Source: Octopus bimaculoides (Eukaryota). Taken from it: DNA of 64,000 nucleotides. The notes below the pieces were generated by a model that worked only from the letters and a program-made list of their open reading frames with translations, was not told where the DNA came from and did no database searches. Position numbers and translations under genes: made by a program. Shown piece by piece: positions 38,346 to 51,818 of this stretch. How positions within the stretch are numbered: position 1 is the first letter of the stretch; each line of letters starts with the position of its first letter. The stretch lies in the NCBI RefSeq assembly GCF_001194135.2, contig NC_068990.1, forward strand, positions 94,094,370 through 94,158,369, read 5' to 3'.

Positions 38346-39492
38346 CATTGATGATACATAGTGCTGGAAAAGACCTGATTACTTACACAATATGGTGTAA
38401 CCAGAAGTTAAACATTTATTATAGTAAGCAAGATGACCATCATCATCATCATGATATGGTGTATGATTATATTATAGATATACTTGTTCTAGCTCTGTGT
38501 TTTAAGTTCAAATCCATCTATGGCCTGCTAAGGCAGGAGACAATTCATTACCTAGTTTAAAACCCTGACCTGACACCTTCAGTGCCTTTAACAGACTCCA
38601 ATCTGTTGAAAGCATTTATGCCAGATCTCCCACTTTAAGGATACCTGTTCTAGTCTGTGAGGCCTTGCAAGAATCTGTGGGTACTGCTTCCACCCTTGAC
38701 TAAAACACACACACACACACCTGTCTGTTGCACACATATTTATGTATATAAATCACATTATATGTGTGTGTGCATACACACAGAGACACAGAAAGAGAAC
38801 AGGTGGAGATCTCATCTCGGCTAAATATTTAATATCTATCATCCATAAAACATGAAACTAGTTATTTTAAGGAGTAATTCTTCACCCCATTACACAACTG
38901 TTATGAATAGTATGAAAAGAAAAGCTAGAGGAAAAGAAAAAAAAACACGTATAAAAATAGCTTTCTAGTAGCAAGCAGTAACAGAAGATTGAATTTCTAA
39001 AGATTTACAAACAGTAAAGACCAGGATTTATGAATAGTCAGATATAAAAATAGCACAAATGAAAGACAACAATTTCTTTCCCTCAGAGAACGAGTTTAAA
39101 TAGCTTAGTTCATTAAACAAAATCCTGTTTGTTGGTCATGGTCTAAATAGAAATTCACTGCTGTACAAGGTTATCAGTATTAAAAACATACAAATAATGT
39201 GTGTGTCTGTGTGTGTGTGTGTGTGAGTAAACATCAAACAGTTAGATGAGAGGTAGTTTGTAGATTTCTAAGGTTGTTTGTTGACATGTATTGTGAGTAG
39301 TGTTTCTTTGCTGTTAAGGATCTTTCCAAGGCCACTGCACCCCTGGGGACCATTTATCCAGTAGTGACTTTAAGAAGTGAAAAAGAAGACTCGTCAGTTC
39401 AATCCCTCACAGCTCTTAGTACTTCATGCCCCTCTAACCAAAGCATAACGACAGCAACGTTCAACTATAGAGACAGATACAGTGCTCTGCCT

Positions 39493-39526
<34 letters not shown>

Positions 39527-40879
39527 NNNNNNNNNNNNNNNNNNNNNNNNNNNNNNNNNNNNNNNNNNNNNNNNNNNNNNNNNNNNNNNNNNNNNNNNNN
39601 NNNNNNNNNNNNNNNNNNNNNNNNNNTATATATATATACATATCAGTGTTACGTTCTTGACATAAAGGGACACAATTGGACAACGCACCTGTTTACACAG
39701 GTAAACAAAGGTTTTTATGATGATTTCCCTACATATATTGTCCCGCAAATTCTATACCAAAGGTATCTCAACCTGAAACCACCCTCAGGTACACTACAAA
39801 TGAGGATCGAGACAGAGGCAGGTGTTGTCAGACAAACCTCTTGATCACGATTCCTTTTTCTTATAGAAATCGGGAACTCTTTCATGGATACAACTCGACA
39901 GAGACAACAGGTGACTAAACACGCTCTGACTTATATGTTCATTAGTGTATATGTTCGTATAAAATGCTCTACCGAATACACCCACTTGCAACGGTTGGAA
40001 GTCGTAGGAATCAACGTATGTCTAAGACTTGACCAATTCATAGAAAATACAGAAAATAAATATCTTATATACATTACCTCATATATATATATATATATAA
40101 TTTTATTAAGTTTTCTCATGGAATCTGTTTTCGTACTTCTCAAAATTGGAAATAACTTAGGAGAAAGACCGACCACCATACATGCCGTTTCGACTTGGCC
40201 ATTGATGAGCAAAACACGAGAGTCTACGTGGTCGCTCAATCTACCAGAAATAATCAGCTCTATTTTCCTTAAACTACACCATCCTGTCGTAAATAAGAAC
40301 CACCTAAATTACATGGTCCTTGATACCCACGAAAAAATATTGTTGGTCATGTCTGGCTGGAAGGTAGTGATTTATGAAGCTTGACCTGGGGTTAAAGAAC
40401 AACTTGCTCCACAATGAAAATGAGGTTACGTGGGTTTTTATTTCATTTCATTTTTTTTCCACATATATTCTAAGTTGAATGTAATTCGATGTCTACTACA
40501 AATTTAAAATATCTTAATTTCGTTCCAGATTTGTTCACTTGCAACTAGCATGATGCAAAAGGATCCTTGAGTTTTGAAACTTTACTTATTCTGCAAAAGA
40601 TTGCCGCTATTGAACTCGAGGGTAAATCTTGACGAAGTAATCCTATGATGAAAAATATTCCAACCATGACCATCCCGTTCTTTTAGCTGCTGTCAAAACC
40701 ATCCTGTAAGGGGAGCGACCACTTATGTGCAGGGATAAATCTCAAAAGTTAAGGAAAATGGATGAAATTTTTATGCTTTAACTCCTTTCACGTGAGTGTC
40801 CATAACATATATATGGCTGTGTGTATGTGTATATATATATATATATATATACACCCACACACACGCATGTAAGTGGGTG

Positions 40880-40947
<68 letters not shown>

Positions 40948-43323
40948 TACATATATATGTATATATATAAATACGCATACACAGACAATCCTCACATAGA
41001 TAAAAAAAAAAAAAAAGAGAGACGTTGTAAACTGTACGTACCTAAGACTGTGTTGTGTGTGTGTGTGTGTGTGTGTGCACGAGTTCTAAATACATATTTC
41101 ACAACCAAAAATTATCTATTCCGCAAATAAAACCGCGCTATATTCATTTTCGAAGCAGATCGATAACTTATATTTAGCTCCACGCTAGCATTGATTCAAA
41201 GATAGCACGGATGTTGTGGGTGTATCTATATCTATTCTATATGGACATTTTTTCGCCAATAGCAACACCACTTCATACATTTTATACGCATTTCAGTGTG
41301 TGTGAAGGTGTTTTTCTCTGTGTGGATGTGTATGTATGTGGGCGTATTTGTAAAACATCATATATGGAATTTCAGTGAAGGAAAGAGAGACTGTTTCAAA
41401 ATTAACGATATTCTGTAAAAACCAATTACTAATCAAAACAAATCTCCAAGGTAGGTGTCACCAAAGGTAATAATGATGTCTCGTCGGTAATTAAAAGAGA
41501 TCAATTAATTTGTCCTGTTAAATAAACGAGTTAGTCTATACAATGAAGTGTAAATTATATAATAGCTATCGGCTAGACAATGTAACCACAGCGATTGGGG
41601 TTGTTTCTTTTTATTATTATCATCAATATATGGTAGTTAGGCTGGATATGACAGACATCGCACGCATAATATAAGATAATTGTAGAGGAATACGCAGACA
41701 AGTGACACAGACATATTTAGATACGTAGACAGACTGAAATGGAGAGTAAGAGAAGCGAACAGAAAGTAGTTTAATGAATAGAAACAAATAGGGCGGGAGT
41801 CAGGGGTAGATCCGCTAATGAAATGGTAACGAATCGTGTTTGTAAAGGGGCTGCGAAGTTCATCAAAATATTATATTAGAAGTATTTGCCATATAAAAGT
41901 GTTGGTAACAGAAAAGACGAGTGAATGTAAAGAGAAGCGGAGATATGAAATTCATTTCCTAACTTTCGACAGGAAACAAAAACTAGTCCCCCAAAACATC
42001 AGAAAACTAGAAAAGAAAAAGGTTGTGTAATGACAAATTAGCAAATTAGTTTGGGTTTTTTTGTCTGATGAGCCAAGTTTGAATTGTGAATAATTTCCAC
42101 TGGGTGGGCAGCTGTCTGACCAGACTCATTCAATTGATGATGATGTTTGGACCATAAAAACCTACTTAAATGGTTTTTGGAGGGTTTTTTTTCCTCAATG
42201 CCACTCAACATTACCAATACAACCACCATTTCCCCCCTATTGGAATAAACTCAAGAAATTAATAATAATAACAGAACAGTAATCGAAATATATAGTTGTT
42301 CTCGCTGTCGTGTCTCAGATCAAATTATACAGCAATTTATTCATCATCATCATCATCATAGTCAATGCCCTCTCTCTATCTTTAACTACAATCGTCGAAA
42401 TGGTTTACTCAGCAAATAATAATATAGTAATCGAGATAGGTTAAAACACTTTCGACTAAAAAAAAAAAAAAGAGAGATAACGTTAACAAAGAAATCAGGT
42501 TTGCTTTTAACTAAAAACCAAAATGATAATAATAATTAAAGTTGCAATGATTAAATCATAAGTGAATTATGATGGTGAACAAGCAAATAAAAACACTTGG
42601 TAAGCATTTTAGAGCAACTTCTTTTAGCCTGGCATGTCTGTCTTACGTAAATAAAATATAGAAATTTCATCTGTGCTGGGTGTGTTGATGGGACAGCGCA
42701 GTGTCAAGTGTGTGTAGAATATATGTTAACACTGTATAAACAACATATTGAAATAAAGCAACTGGCTACATCCGTGAATGAGAGAGAAGTCCTCTTCTAA
42801 TTGACACCAAAATTACTGGCAGAAACGACAAATTAAAAATCTGATGTTCCGATAATACAAAACCATTGAATATAAATAGCAATGTTGTTGATTATTTCAG
42901 TTACACAATATGTTAGAGAAGAAATTTATGGAAGAGCTAAAATCTTCAACAAGAAATGACATAGTTTTGCTATATTTTCCTCCTTACCAAAGTAATGGCA
43001 CCGACTGTGATGTCGCTATTAATAACTGTGTTAGTAGTGCTGGCTGGAAACTGTTTATTATTGAAATAAACAGACGAGGCAGTTTTGTTGTAGTGAGGCA
43101 ACGAGATTGTGGCTTCAGCAGATAAGGACTGACGAGCTTCTTGGCCGACTCTTTATATATTATAAACAGTTTTCCCATTGCACACACACACACACACAAA
43201 GATGACAGAGGTTGGGGGGGTGAAGCCATGCTCAGTTGGGTCGGCTGAGTGTTAGAAAATAAAATAAAATACAGAAGCCACTAGTTAGATTTACTGCCAT
43301 CAGGACTTGCCCCCTTTTCTTAC

Positions 43324-43540
43324 CAAAGTGTTGGGAAATCATTCTGTTACCCAAACACCTCGACAAGATCCAGACACAAAGTTTCAAGTAAGAATGTAAA
43401 TGCAAAAGAATTTTAAAGGATTGTCAAAGCTTAGTTTGTAGAAGAAGGAAGACCTTCAACGCCACTTGCAGAAACAAACGAGAAGGCCAGGACGAGTGGC
43501 GGGTAGAATTCTGGCGACCGTCTTTGGTTGGTGCTGGTCT
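43324..43540 (-). other. Candidate exon, mostly 5'UTR-like, with a possible ATG at 43342 (MISQHF)
   Basis: Acceptor cattcttttaattacggcAG (43542-43541) and donor TTG|GTAAGA (43323). Confidence 0.25.
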
Positions 43541-43599
43541 CTGCCGTAATTAAAAGAATGAAGTCAATTCCCAAGACAAAGCTTTAAAGTTAGTCTTAC

Positions 43600-43602
43600 C
43601 AG
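43600..43602 (-). other. Candidate 3-nt microexon CTG
   Basis: Minus strand reads caaatcttttttttccccttgttcacAG|CTG|GTAAGActaac. Confidence 0.3.
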
Positions 43603-43685
43603 CTGTGAACAAGGGGAAAAAAAAGATTTGTCTGTTGCTTAGTCGGTGTTATTTAACAGTGAGAAGACAGTGTGAGATTACCTAC

Positions 43686-43900
43686 CTGATGGCAGCTAAC
43701 ATGGACATGTTGAATCACAAGTACAAACATCCAGAAACGGTAGTGTTTCGAAAAAGCATTGCTCACAGCTTAATGTTGTCAGAGACACATACAGGCAGGC
43801 TGGCTGGTTGGATCAGTCGATTTATTGAAGTCAAGGGGGTGTTACTCAGACAGCTTACTAGTAGCAACACGACGACTAAAAGAGAGAAAGAGAGATACAC
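43686..43900 (-). other. Candidate 5' exon ending in a CAG|GTAGGT donor
   Basis: Donor at 43685; lies inside the CpG-retaining domain; followed by an 83-nt GT-AG intron. The 5' boundary (43900) is approximate. Confidence 0.35.
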
Positions 43901-44585
43901 AGAAAGACAGAGAGAGGGGGGTGAGAAGCGGCATGTTGCTATTAACAGCTAATTAAATAATATAAACATCTATCTGTCTGTCTATTTATAACTATCTATT
44001 TGTAAGACAGTGCGTGCATGTGTAAATATATTTCTATTTTTATTTATTATCAATATTTATTTTTATTCAGTGTTAACTGTGTGGCTTGTTCAGCTCGCAC
44101 ACCCCTTTGGTTTTCAGTAGACAGAAATTACGGTGCTTGGATATTTATTCCCTTCCTCATTCAGGGAGTTAGCTATTATTGGCCCACGTTGCTAAATATA
44201 GTTGTTTGACCTTTGCAACGAAACTATAGATATTCTCTTCCCCAGCTCATTGCAAATGCAAAAACAAATCAATAGCAAGGCTTTAGAAGTTAATACTAAC
44301 CTCAATCGCTTCACTATTGCTTCTCTTTATATGCATATTGCTAACAGTACATGCAGTTGTTACAGGCGTTGTTGTTGTTGCCGCTGCTGCAAACCAAGAA
44401 CTGAAGTAGTGGTGGTGGTGGGGGGTTACTGGTCTGGGTTTGGGTATCTAAACAATTGCGGCATTACTAAGACAAGGAAGGATCCACCCTGGTTGGCAGT
44501 AGTAACTGCAGTAGAGAGAGTGCACATATCGCATGTGCATTAAACAAGAAACAGCAATCGAAGCAATTGCCATAACACTAGTGTG

Positions 44586-44618
<33 letters not shown>

Positions 44619-45356
44619 GTATACACACGTATACACACAATCTCGCGCAACTAAAGCATTAAAAACTACCGGAAGGCAGGGTTTACTGTTTACATAGGAG
44701 AGAGGAGAGAGAGAGAGATGTTAGTATATCGGTATGGTTGCATCAAACTGAGATAAGACTGCACTAATTTACAGTAAGAGGGGTGCGTGGCTAGGCTAGC
44801 GGGTTACGAGAGCAGTGATAGAGATATTGGTATATAGAGGATAGATAGACAAAAAAATTGGACAGCTGATGTAATATATACGGGATGCAAATATGCTGCA
44901 AAAGAATAGGAAAGCTACAGATGCAATCTTAATGTGCAGCAAATAGGTAGTTAAGTGATTGTCACCACTTATAGTGACTAAAATGCAACTGAATAATGTT
45001 TTTACAAAATATATCTCGGACCTACATACACACACACTTTTTTTAGTGCATTTAAATAGAAATTGTGATTTTGAGTTGTTTGTTAGTGTAAAAGTTACAA
45101 TGAATAAATACTGTAAGTCACTTAAGTAAAGTAACAACACATATGTTAGTAATGTGTGTGTGTGTGTGTTACCGTTGCAGTGTAGTGTGTGTTACCTTTA
45201 CATTATGTACGTATGTATGTGTATATGCACACACATACACAAACTGTCATGGATATATATAAATGTCCCTCTAATTCCGCACGGACATGGATTCACTCAA
45301 GTAAATATTACTGAGTAATCAAACCTAACAGCAGACAATTTTTCTTTGCTTCGCAG

Positions 45357-45408
45357 AATGCTCAGTTTGCGAGAAGGGAAAGAGGGAGAGAATTAGAAAG
45401 CAACGAGT
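45357..45408 (+). other. Candidate plus-strand exon, probably non-coding
   Basis: Branch-point-like CCTAAC (45324-45329) then caatttttctttgcttcgcAG; weaker donor AGT|GTAAGA. Confidence 0.25.
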
Positions 45409-46544
45409 GTAAGAAATACGATGATGTAATACTTATTCTAGTCTTGAAAGGCAGGGATTTCAGTTGCTAGTATCTTCTCATATGCCAACATGACATAGAG
45501 GGAAATTAAGATGATTGGCCTTATTGTAGGGAACAGATATATTTAGTCAGTGGAATTAGATCATGAACACTTTATAATAATTATTATTTTATCGAGCAAT
45601 CATACTGGCTCCTTAAACCAGATTGATGCAGTGAGCCCAGATTTTCATCGTTAGCGTCCTAAGTCCTCTGTGAGTCAACTTTGTAGGATATTGGTGTAGC
45701 TAAAATAAGTCACCTATATTATTACTGAGGACAGTTATGTAAAATCTAAGAACCCTAAATTAAGGAAACAGTCTCTCCATGGGTTTTATTCAAAGAAATC
45801 AATAATTTACGACCTTGTTGTACATTAATAAATCTTATTTTATCAACTCATGACTCAAAAATAGTGAGGCACTAAAATTTTAGTAACCTCTTCCTTGAGT
45901 ATACTATGCTTACTGGCCTAATAATATTGATTAGGGAAATTTCCACAGAAAAAGGAATAAAGTCAGAGGAATTGATCAGGTTGTATTTTGTTGCCACTTG
46001 TTTGATCAACCCTGCAAGATGAAAGTAAAGTTCAAATCCTTTGAGATTTGAATTCATAATGGAAAGGAAAGGAATTTGCTACAGCAATGATATTCAATTC
46101 CCTGTTTCAACCAATTTATTAAACCTATTGCTATATTAATAATACAGAGTTGATAAGGTCTCACTTTATATTCCACAGCCATTTCTATCTCATGAAAATG
46201 ACAATTCACAAGTCTAGTCATTCTTAATCAGAGCAGTAGTGACCTCTTGGGGTGGAAGTTGTTGTGAGTTCACATAGGGGGAAGTAAGTGGAGCATTGGG
46301 TGCTTAACAGGAGCATGAGTTTCACAAGTTTAATATTTAAACCAGGAACAACATTTCTATTTTCAATACATTTTCAAAACAGATTCTTTGTTGGGATTAG
46401 AATATCCAGCTGTAGAAACTCTGCCAAATTAGATTGGAGCCTGGTGTTGCCATCCGGTTTCACCAGTCCTCAGTCAAATCGTCCAACCCATGCTAGCATG
46501 GAAAGCGGACGTTAAACGATGATGATGATTGTGTTTTCAGTGAG

Positions 46545-46686
46545 CAGAAACATGATTGATGATGTCCAATATAATTTCATTATATATATAGCTAAGAACA
46601 AGCCATTGTACTTGGCATTTGTTGATCTAGAGAAAGTCTTTAATAGAATGCCTCACTCTGTCATATGGTGGTCTCTAAGGAAGCTA
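46545..46686 (+). mobile_element. RTE-clade RT fragment
   Basis: AKNKPLYLAFVDLEKVFNRMPHSVIWWSLRKL. Confidence 0.75.
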
Positions 46687-47295
46687 TCCTGCAGGAGATG
46701 TTGTACTTCTTTCAGACACACCATTGAAGGGATGCAAACACAGAAGTAGCAGACCTGATTCAGCAGTTCATCCAAGTTGTTGACACTGCTTTCAACTTTG
46801 CAACCAGTGAACCAAAATATTTGGACACCTGGACCTACTCAATCTGAAATGCCTTCAAGACACACAATGGCTGGAAAGCCATCTTGATCCTGTAACCATA
46901 AGGCCAAGCAAAGCAGGCAATGTTGTGCAAGATATCCATAGCTTTGGTGCCATTAGTGGCAAGGATGATGTTGTTATCAGCAAACATGAGGTCAAGCACA
47001 GATCTGTTGGCATTGGACTGTACCCTGCTTTTGTCTATTGAAAGCCTGCCACACGCATGATGGCATTAATGATAACATTGAACAGGAGAGGGGAGACCAC
47101 ATCTCCTTGTTGAACGCCTGTCCTGATGGCAGACTCCTTAGAGAGGTTATCTCCAATCCAAACCAGGCTGGTTGAACCAACATAGGTACACAATGATCTT
47201 CTGAGGGACTTGTTTGGTTTCCAACGATCTGCATAGGGCAGTCATGTTGATGCAGTCAAAGATGAGACTTGAAGTCAATGAATATAACTACTGTC
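46687..47295 (-). mobile_element. RTE-clade RT fragment from an independent element
   Basis: FIDFKS..FDCINMTALCRSLETKQVPQKII, IRTGVQQGDVVSPLLFNVIINAIM, DLMFADNNIIL. Confidence 0.8.
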
Positions 47296-48799
47296 TATTA
47301 TCCACTGTGCATTCATTCTTCCATCTGCTAACAAAGGGCAAAGATTTGGTTGCAGCATCTGTGCCCAGGTCAGAAACCAGCTTGTTCTACCCTGCTGGGA
47401 AGACAGAAAGTTTGTATCTTGCAACCAAGGTTGGTCTTATATGGAATGGTGTCAAAAGGGTTAAGCAAAGAAAACTTAATAATAGAAAATGAGAATCTAG
47501 CAGGGAGTAGAAAAAAAAAACTTTTCGCTTCTAGTTCTGATTGGTTTCAGTTTCAAGACTCAAACAGGAACTCACAGCAATTCTTATAACAGATATTCTA
47601 AGCTGCATTCAGAAAAAGGCCTCTTGAATGGATAGCATAAAAAGCTCATGGACACACTTTAACCTCTGGCACACATTGTACTGTCTCTCTTCTCTGCTTT
47701 TTTTTATCATTGTTACTATAATGGTCTTTGGTACTCTGGTAGTACACCACTACATTGCAGCACATGGTACCTTTTTCTACCACTAATATAATGGTCTCTG
47801 GCAAGTTTCATGCCTCTTCCATTTAAGAACTCCCGAGTCATTCATCTCCTTTTTTCTCATTATTGTGTCTACCCCACCCCCCAGGTTTAACACTAATCAA
47901 CTAAGCATTATGCTAAGTCCTTCACCAAAACTTTGACTTTGGGAATGCCCTTCCAGCTCATATCTTTCTTGCGGTTGTTCACTTGCAACAGCCTAACTGA
48001 AACAATAATGGAATTGATATCATCAGAGGGTCTATGATGGCTAGAAGTACACTGCCTTTCCTCCAGATCCAATTAGTTGAAGAAATTTTTTCAAGGTACA
48101 CAGATGAAAATGTAAGAGAAATATCTTGATGTTTTAAGAAATAATCAAAAGAGATCTTATTATGATAAATAAATACTTGATGTTGATGAAATGAGTTGAG
48201 GAAAAGAATGTCTTTTTTGTCAAAGAAATAAAAATTAGTAACTTTGATTTAACAAGTCAAAAGATGGATTAAACACATTTATTGGGAGGAAAAGGTAAAG
48301 GTGACATAAAATTAAAAACCCATTGTTCATGTATCCATCCATCCATCCATTTTCTCCACTGACTGTTTCTAGGAGCATTGTGGATGTTGTCCTCAGACAC
48401 TTCTTTCATAGAATTCTATCAGAAATATCCATCATTACACTTTCCAGCTGGATTTCCAAGCATAACTAATTAAGACTATGGATATTATCCTGCTGCCGTT
48501 TTATTCTTGGTTTTAGGCTTCCTGCTGTTTGGCTCAGCATGAAGAATCCAGTGAAAAGAAAGCGACAAGTGTAATGTCAGTCCTTTTTTTATAATCTTTG
48601 TGAACCAGGTTGATTTGCACGACAGGTGGGGAAGGGATCTCACCTGATAGTTGCAGATGACTCAATGCTATTTAGCTCTTCAAAAGATGATCCCCAGACT
48701 GCTTTTTTTTATTACAAACAACATCACAAGGTTCTCAAATTCTATAAAAAAAGTAAAGGATGCAACTGAACTCAACCTTTTCACACACACACACACACA

Positions 48800-48840
<41 letters not shown>

Positions 48841-48919
48841 ATATATATAGTCCTCCAAGCTATAACAAAGAAATTTAAAACTGGTAGTGAAGTGAAAGCA
48901 CGCTATAAAAATAAAACTA

Positions 48920-48963
<44 letters not shown>

Positions 48964-49124
48964 ATACATACATACATACAGTGCTGAGGTGCAGAAAAAG
49001 AAACCAAAACTTCATGAACAGAGCATAGACTATGCACAGGAAGTGAACAGTGAAAAAGACTAAAAAGAAGAAACGGGAGCAGAGGGCATGAGTTGTACTG
49101 TTGGCAAATTTCAAGAAGCATGAT

Positions 49125-49890
49125 TTTTGAAGGATGTTGCATCTCGACTGCTTACAACTGATGCAGATAGTTTATTCCATGCTTTAGCAATTCTGTATGT
49201 GAAAAAATGTTTTCAAAAGTCATGGGTACTGTGTTGTTTTGTTTTTTTTTTATTTTATAAGCATGTCTGCAAGTGTTTGTCATATGGAATTCAAAAAGGT
49301 GCCCAAGGTTGTAGTTGGAAAGATGGTGTGTAATCTTGTGGGTGTCGACCAAGTCAGTTGCCAGACGTCTGAACCTCAATGTGTCCAAGGATGCAAGACA
49401 TTCAGAGTATGGTGGATGCTTGATGACAGGTATTCATCTGGTTGCATGTTTTTGAACATTTTCAAGGAGACTGATATGCTGAGCAAGATAGGGGTTCCAG
49501 GCTGGTGATGCAAACTCTAAATGAAAACGCACCATAGTTGAGAGCAGCTGACAAAAGGTCTGACTAAGTGATGCTAAGACACACTCAGCCTTCTAGACAA
49601 TCTTGGAGATGTGGTTTGTCCAATGTAAATCGCTGTTGACAATAATACCCAAGTCACATTCACTAACAGATTTCTTAAGATTGGTGTTGTAGAGGTCGTA
49701 TGTAAAAGCTGGATTTTTCCTCCCAAAGTGCATGGTGACACACCTGTCCACAGCCAGTGAGAGTTCCCAATTGGTAATCCATTGCTGCATGCAGGAAAGA
49801 GTGTATCGGATATGTTTTTTTTATCTCAAGGTGCAGCTTGATGACATTTGCATATTTCAACTCTGTAGCCATTCTTCAAGTTGACATGTA
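49125..49890 (-). mobile_element. Second CR1-clade LINE copy, same family as 4325-5240
   Basis: QQWITNWELSLAVDRCVTMHFGRKNPAFTY...NSDLHWTNHISKIV; DTLRFRRLATDLVDTHKITHH...FEFHMTNTCRHAYKIKK. Confidence 0.9.
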
Positions 49891-50657
49891 TGTCATTGAT
49901 ATGTTCCAACCATATTTACTTTCTTATAAGCATTAAAAGCATATTTTCATGCATAAAAATCTGTGGTAGTCATGCTGGCTGGTGCTTATTATTTTGTCTA
50001 ATTAAAATTTGTCATAATGCTAACAAGAGCATGATACTTATAACTTTATAAATTTTCTAATTTGGAAATAAATTAGGCAAATGCACCTCCTCAATGTTAG
50101 AATCAATACATAATTGAACTTCTGATTAATGAATAACTGCTTATTTGCTGGACAAGATAATTTGAGATTATAAGGCCATTATTACTGTTTTTCAGCTAGA
50201 TTAAATATGAAGAATACATACACACATACAAGAAAAGCCGTTGGAAAACCGATTATAGCAGCAACTCCATCAATTCCTAGGAATATCTGAAGAAGGAATT
50301 TTATTCCGAAATATTATATCAGACTATGGATGATTAAATTACAACAGTTCTTATGGTCCATTGTTTGTATTACAGTGCATTGTTGTGTCATTCAAAATAT
50401 TTTCTTCTTTACATACATACAATGTACATATACATACACACATACATTCAATATGCATACATACAATCATCATACATACAACTCACACACACACACACAC
50501 ACACATATGTACAGAATACAACATGCATACATAATACATACATATACACACATACACATCTTACAAAGGTAGATACCTACAAACCCTGCCAGCATGGAAA
50601 ACAGACATTAAATGACAATGGTGGGGATGATGATGATGATAGTGATGATGATACTAT

Positions 50658-50689
<32 letters not shown>

Positions 50690-50814
50690 NNNNNNNNNNC
50701 ACACATACATTCAATATGCATACATACAATCATCATACATACAACTCACACACACACACACACACACATATGTACAGAATACAACATGCATACATAATAC
50801 ATACNNNNNNNNNN

Positions 50815-50850
<36 letters not shown>

Positions 50851-51818
50851 GCATACACACATACTTACATGCATGTTTAGACAATGTGAATGTGTGTGTG
50901 TCTGTATCAATGTATGTGTTATAAACATTAAATGTGCTGTCACTTACAGAAATGTGCTGAAGCTAGTCTTAAAAATTAAATTTAATGTTCACAATCTCAT
51001 TGATTTAATTAAGCTCTGAATAGTTGTATGTTGTGAAATATTTATTGTGTAACAATTATTTGTAGGACAAGAAGTTGAAATAAGTCATCTGGAAATATGA
51101 AGTGAAATTATCACTGTCTGCAATGCAACAGATGTGATTTATCTTTATGTGTTTAGAACATCTGAGAAAGGAGGAATTAATAAGTTTTAAGAATTATATA
51201 AGGAATGGGGGGAAAAATCAGAGAATAAAATTAAAAATACAAAATAAGAATGTAAAAGGCTGTGTGGTTAAGAAGCTTGTTTCTCAGCCACAGGGCTTCG
51301 AGTTCAGTCCCACTATGTAATACCTTGGACAAGTGTCTTCAACTAGTCTCAGCTGACAAAAACCTTGTGAGTGAATTTGGTAGACAGAAACTGTAAGAAA
51401 CCCATTGAATACACACACACATCTTTGTGTGTGTGTGTGTGTGTGTGTGTGTGATACATTACTGTTTCCTTGTCAGTTTATCTGGAAAGAAACAATACAG
51501 TTATTATTAAGAAGGGCTGAGATTAATGCATGCAATATTTCATAGCTCTAGCATCACTCCTTCATTGTCAGCCCAGGAACTTTTCAGCCTATTCTCATGC
51601 AAAGAAAATGTGTGCATTAGGGAAAGATAAGTTATACAAAGTGGAGAGGTGAAAGGTATTGTATAAGACATAAATGGATGAATAAAAATTTTAAGGCACA
51701 AATATTTGCTTGTAAAAAGAAAAGAACAACAATAAAACAATAATTAAAACAGGATATAATTAAAGGAAATTTGTCTGCCATTCTTTGTATTGTTGTCATG
51801 TACACTCCAAAGAGCCAG

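Larger units (their letters stand above)
39800..45700. promoter_or_regulatory. CpG-retaining (probably unmethylated) regulatory/promoter domain
   Basis: Hand count of 10 CpG in 41101-41400 versus 1 in 12481-12780; few TEs; motifs near 44580-44800 (GTGCGCGCGCAC, TCTCGCGC, ETS CCGGAAG, FOX TGTTTAC, GATA AGATAAG); GC box GGGCGGG near 41790. Confidence 0.55.

Noticed and set aside
42690-42702. GGACAGCGC resembling the right half of a REST/RE1 site
   Set aside because: The left half-site is absent, and REST-type regulation is not established for this lineage.
46545-47295. Apparent in-place inversion or twin priming of one RTE element (plus piece ends WWSLRKL, minus piece has VPQKII)
   Set aside because: The minus piece carries its own FIDFKS..FD motif at about 47250-47295, so these are two independent elements.
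48519-48742. Plus acceptor with MKNPVKRKRQ, and minus exon-like 48643-48742 with CAG|GTGAGA
   Set aside because: The plus unit lacks a credible donor and the minus unit is closed in all three frames; unsupported.
50437-50804. About 105-bp near-identical duplication (50437-50541 versus 50700-50804)
   Set aside because: The second copy is bounded by two 10-N gaps inside CA-rich repeats; most likely a haplotype or scaffolding artefact.
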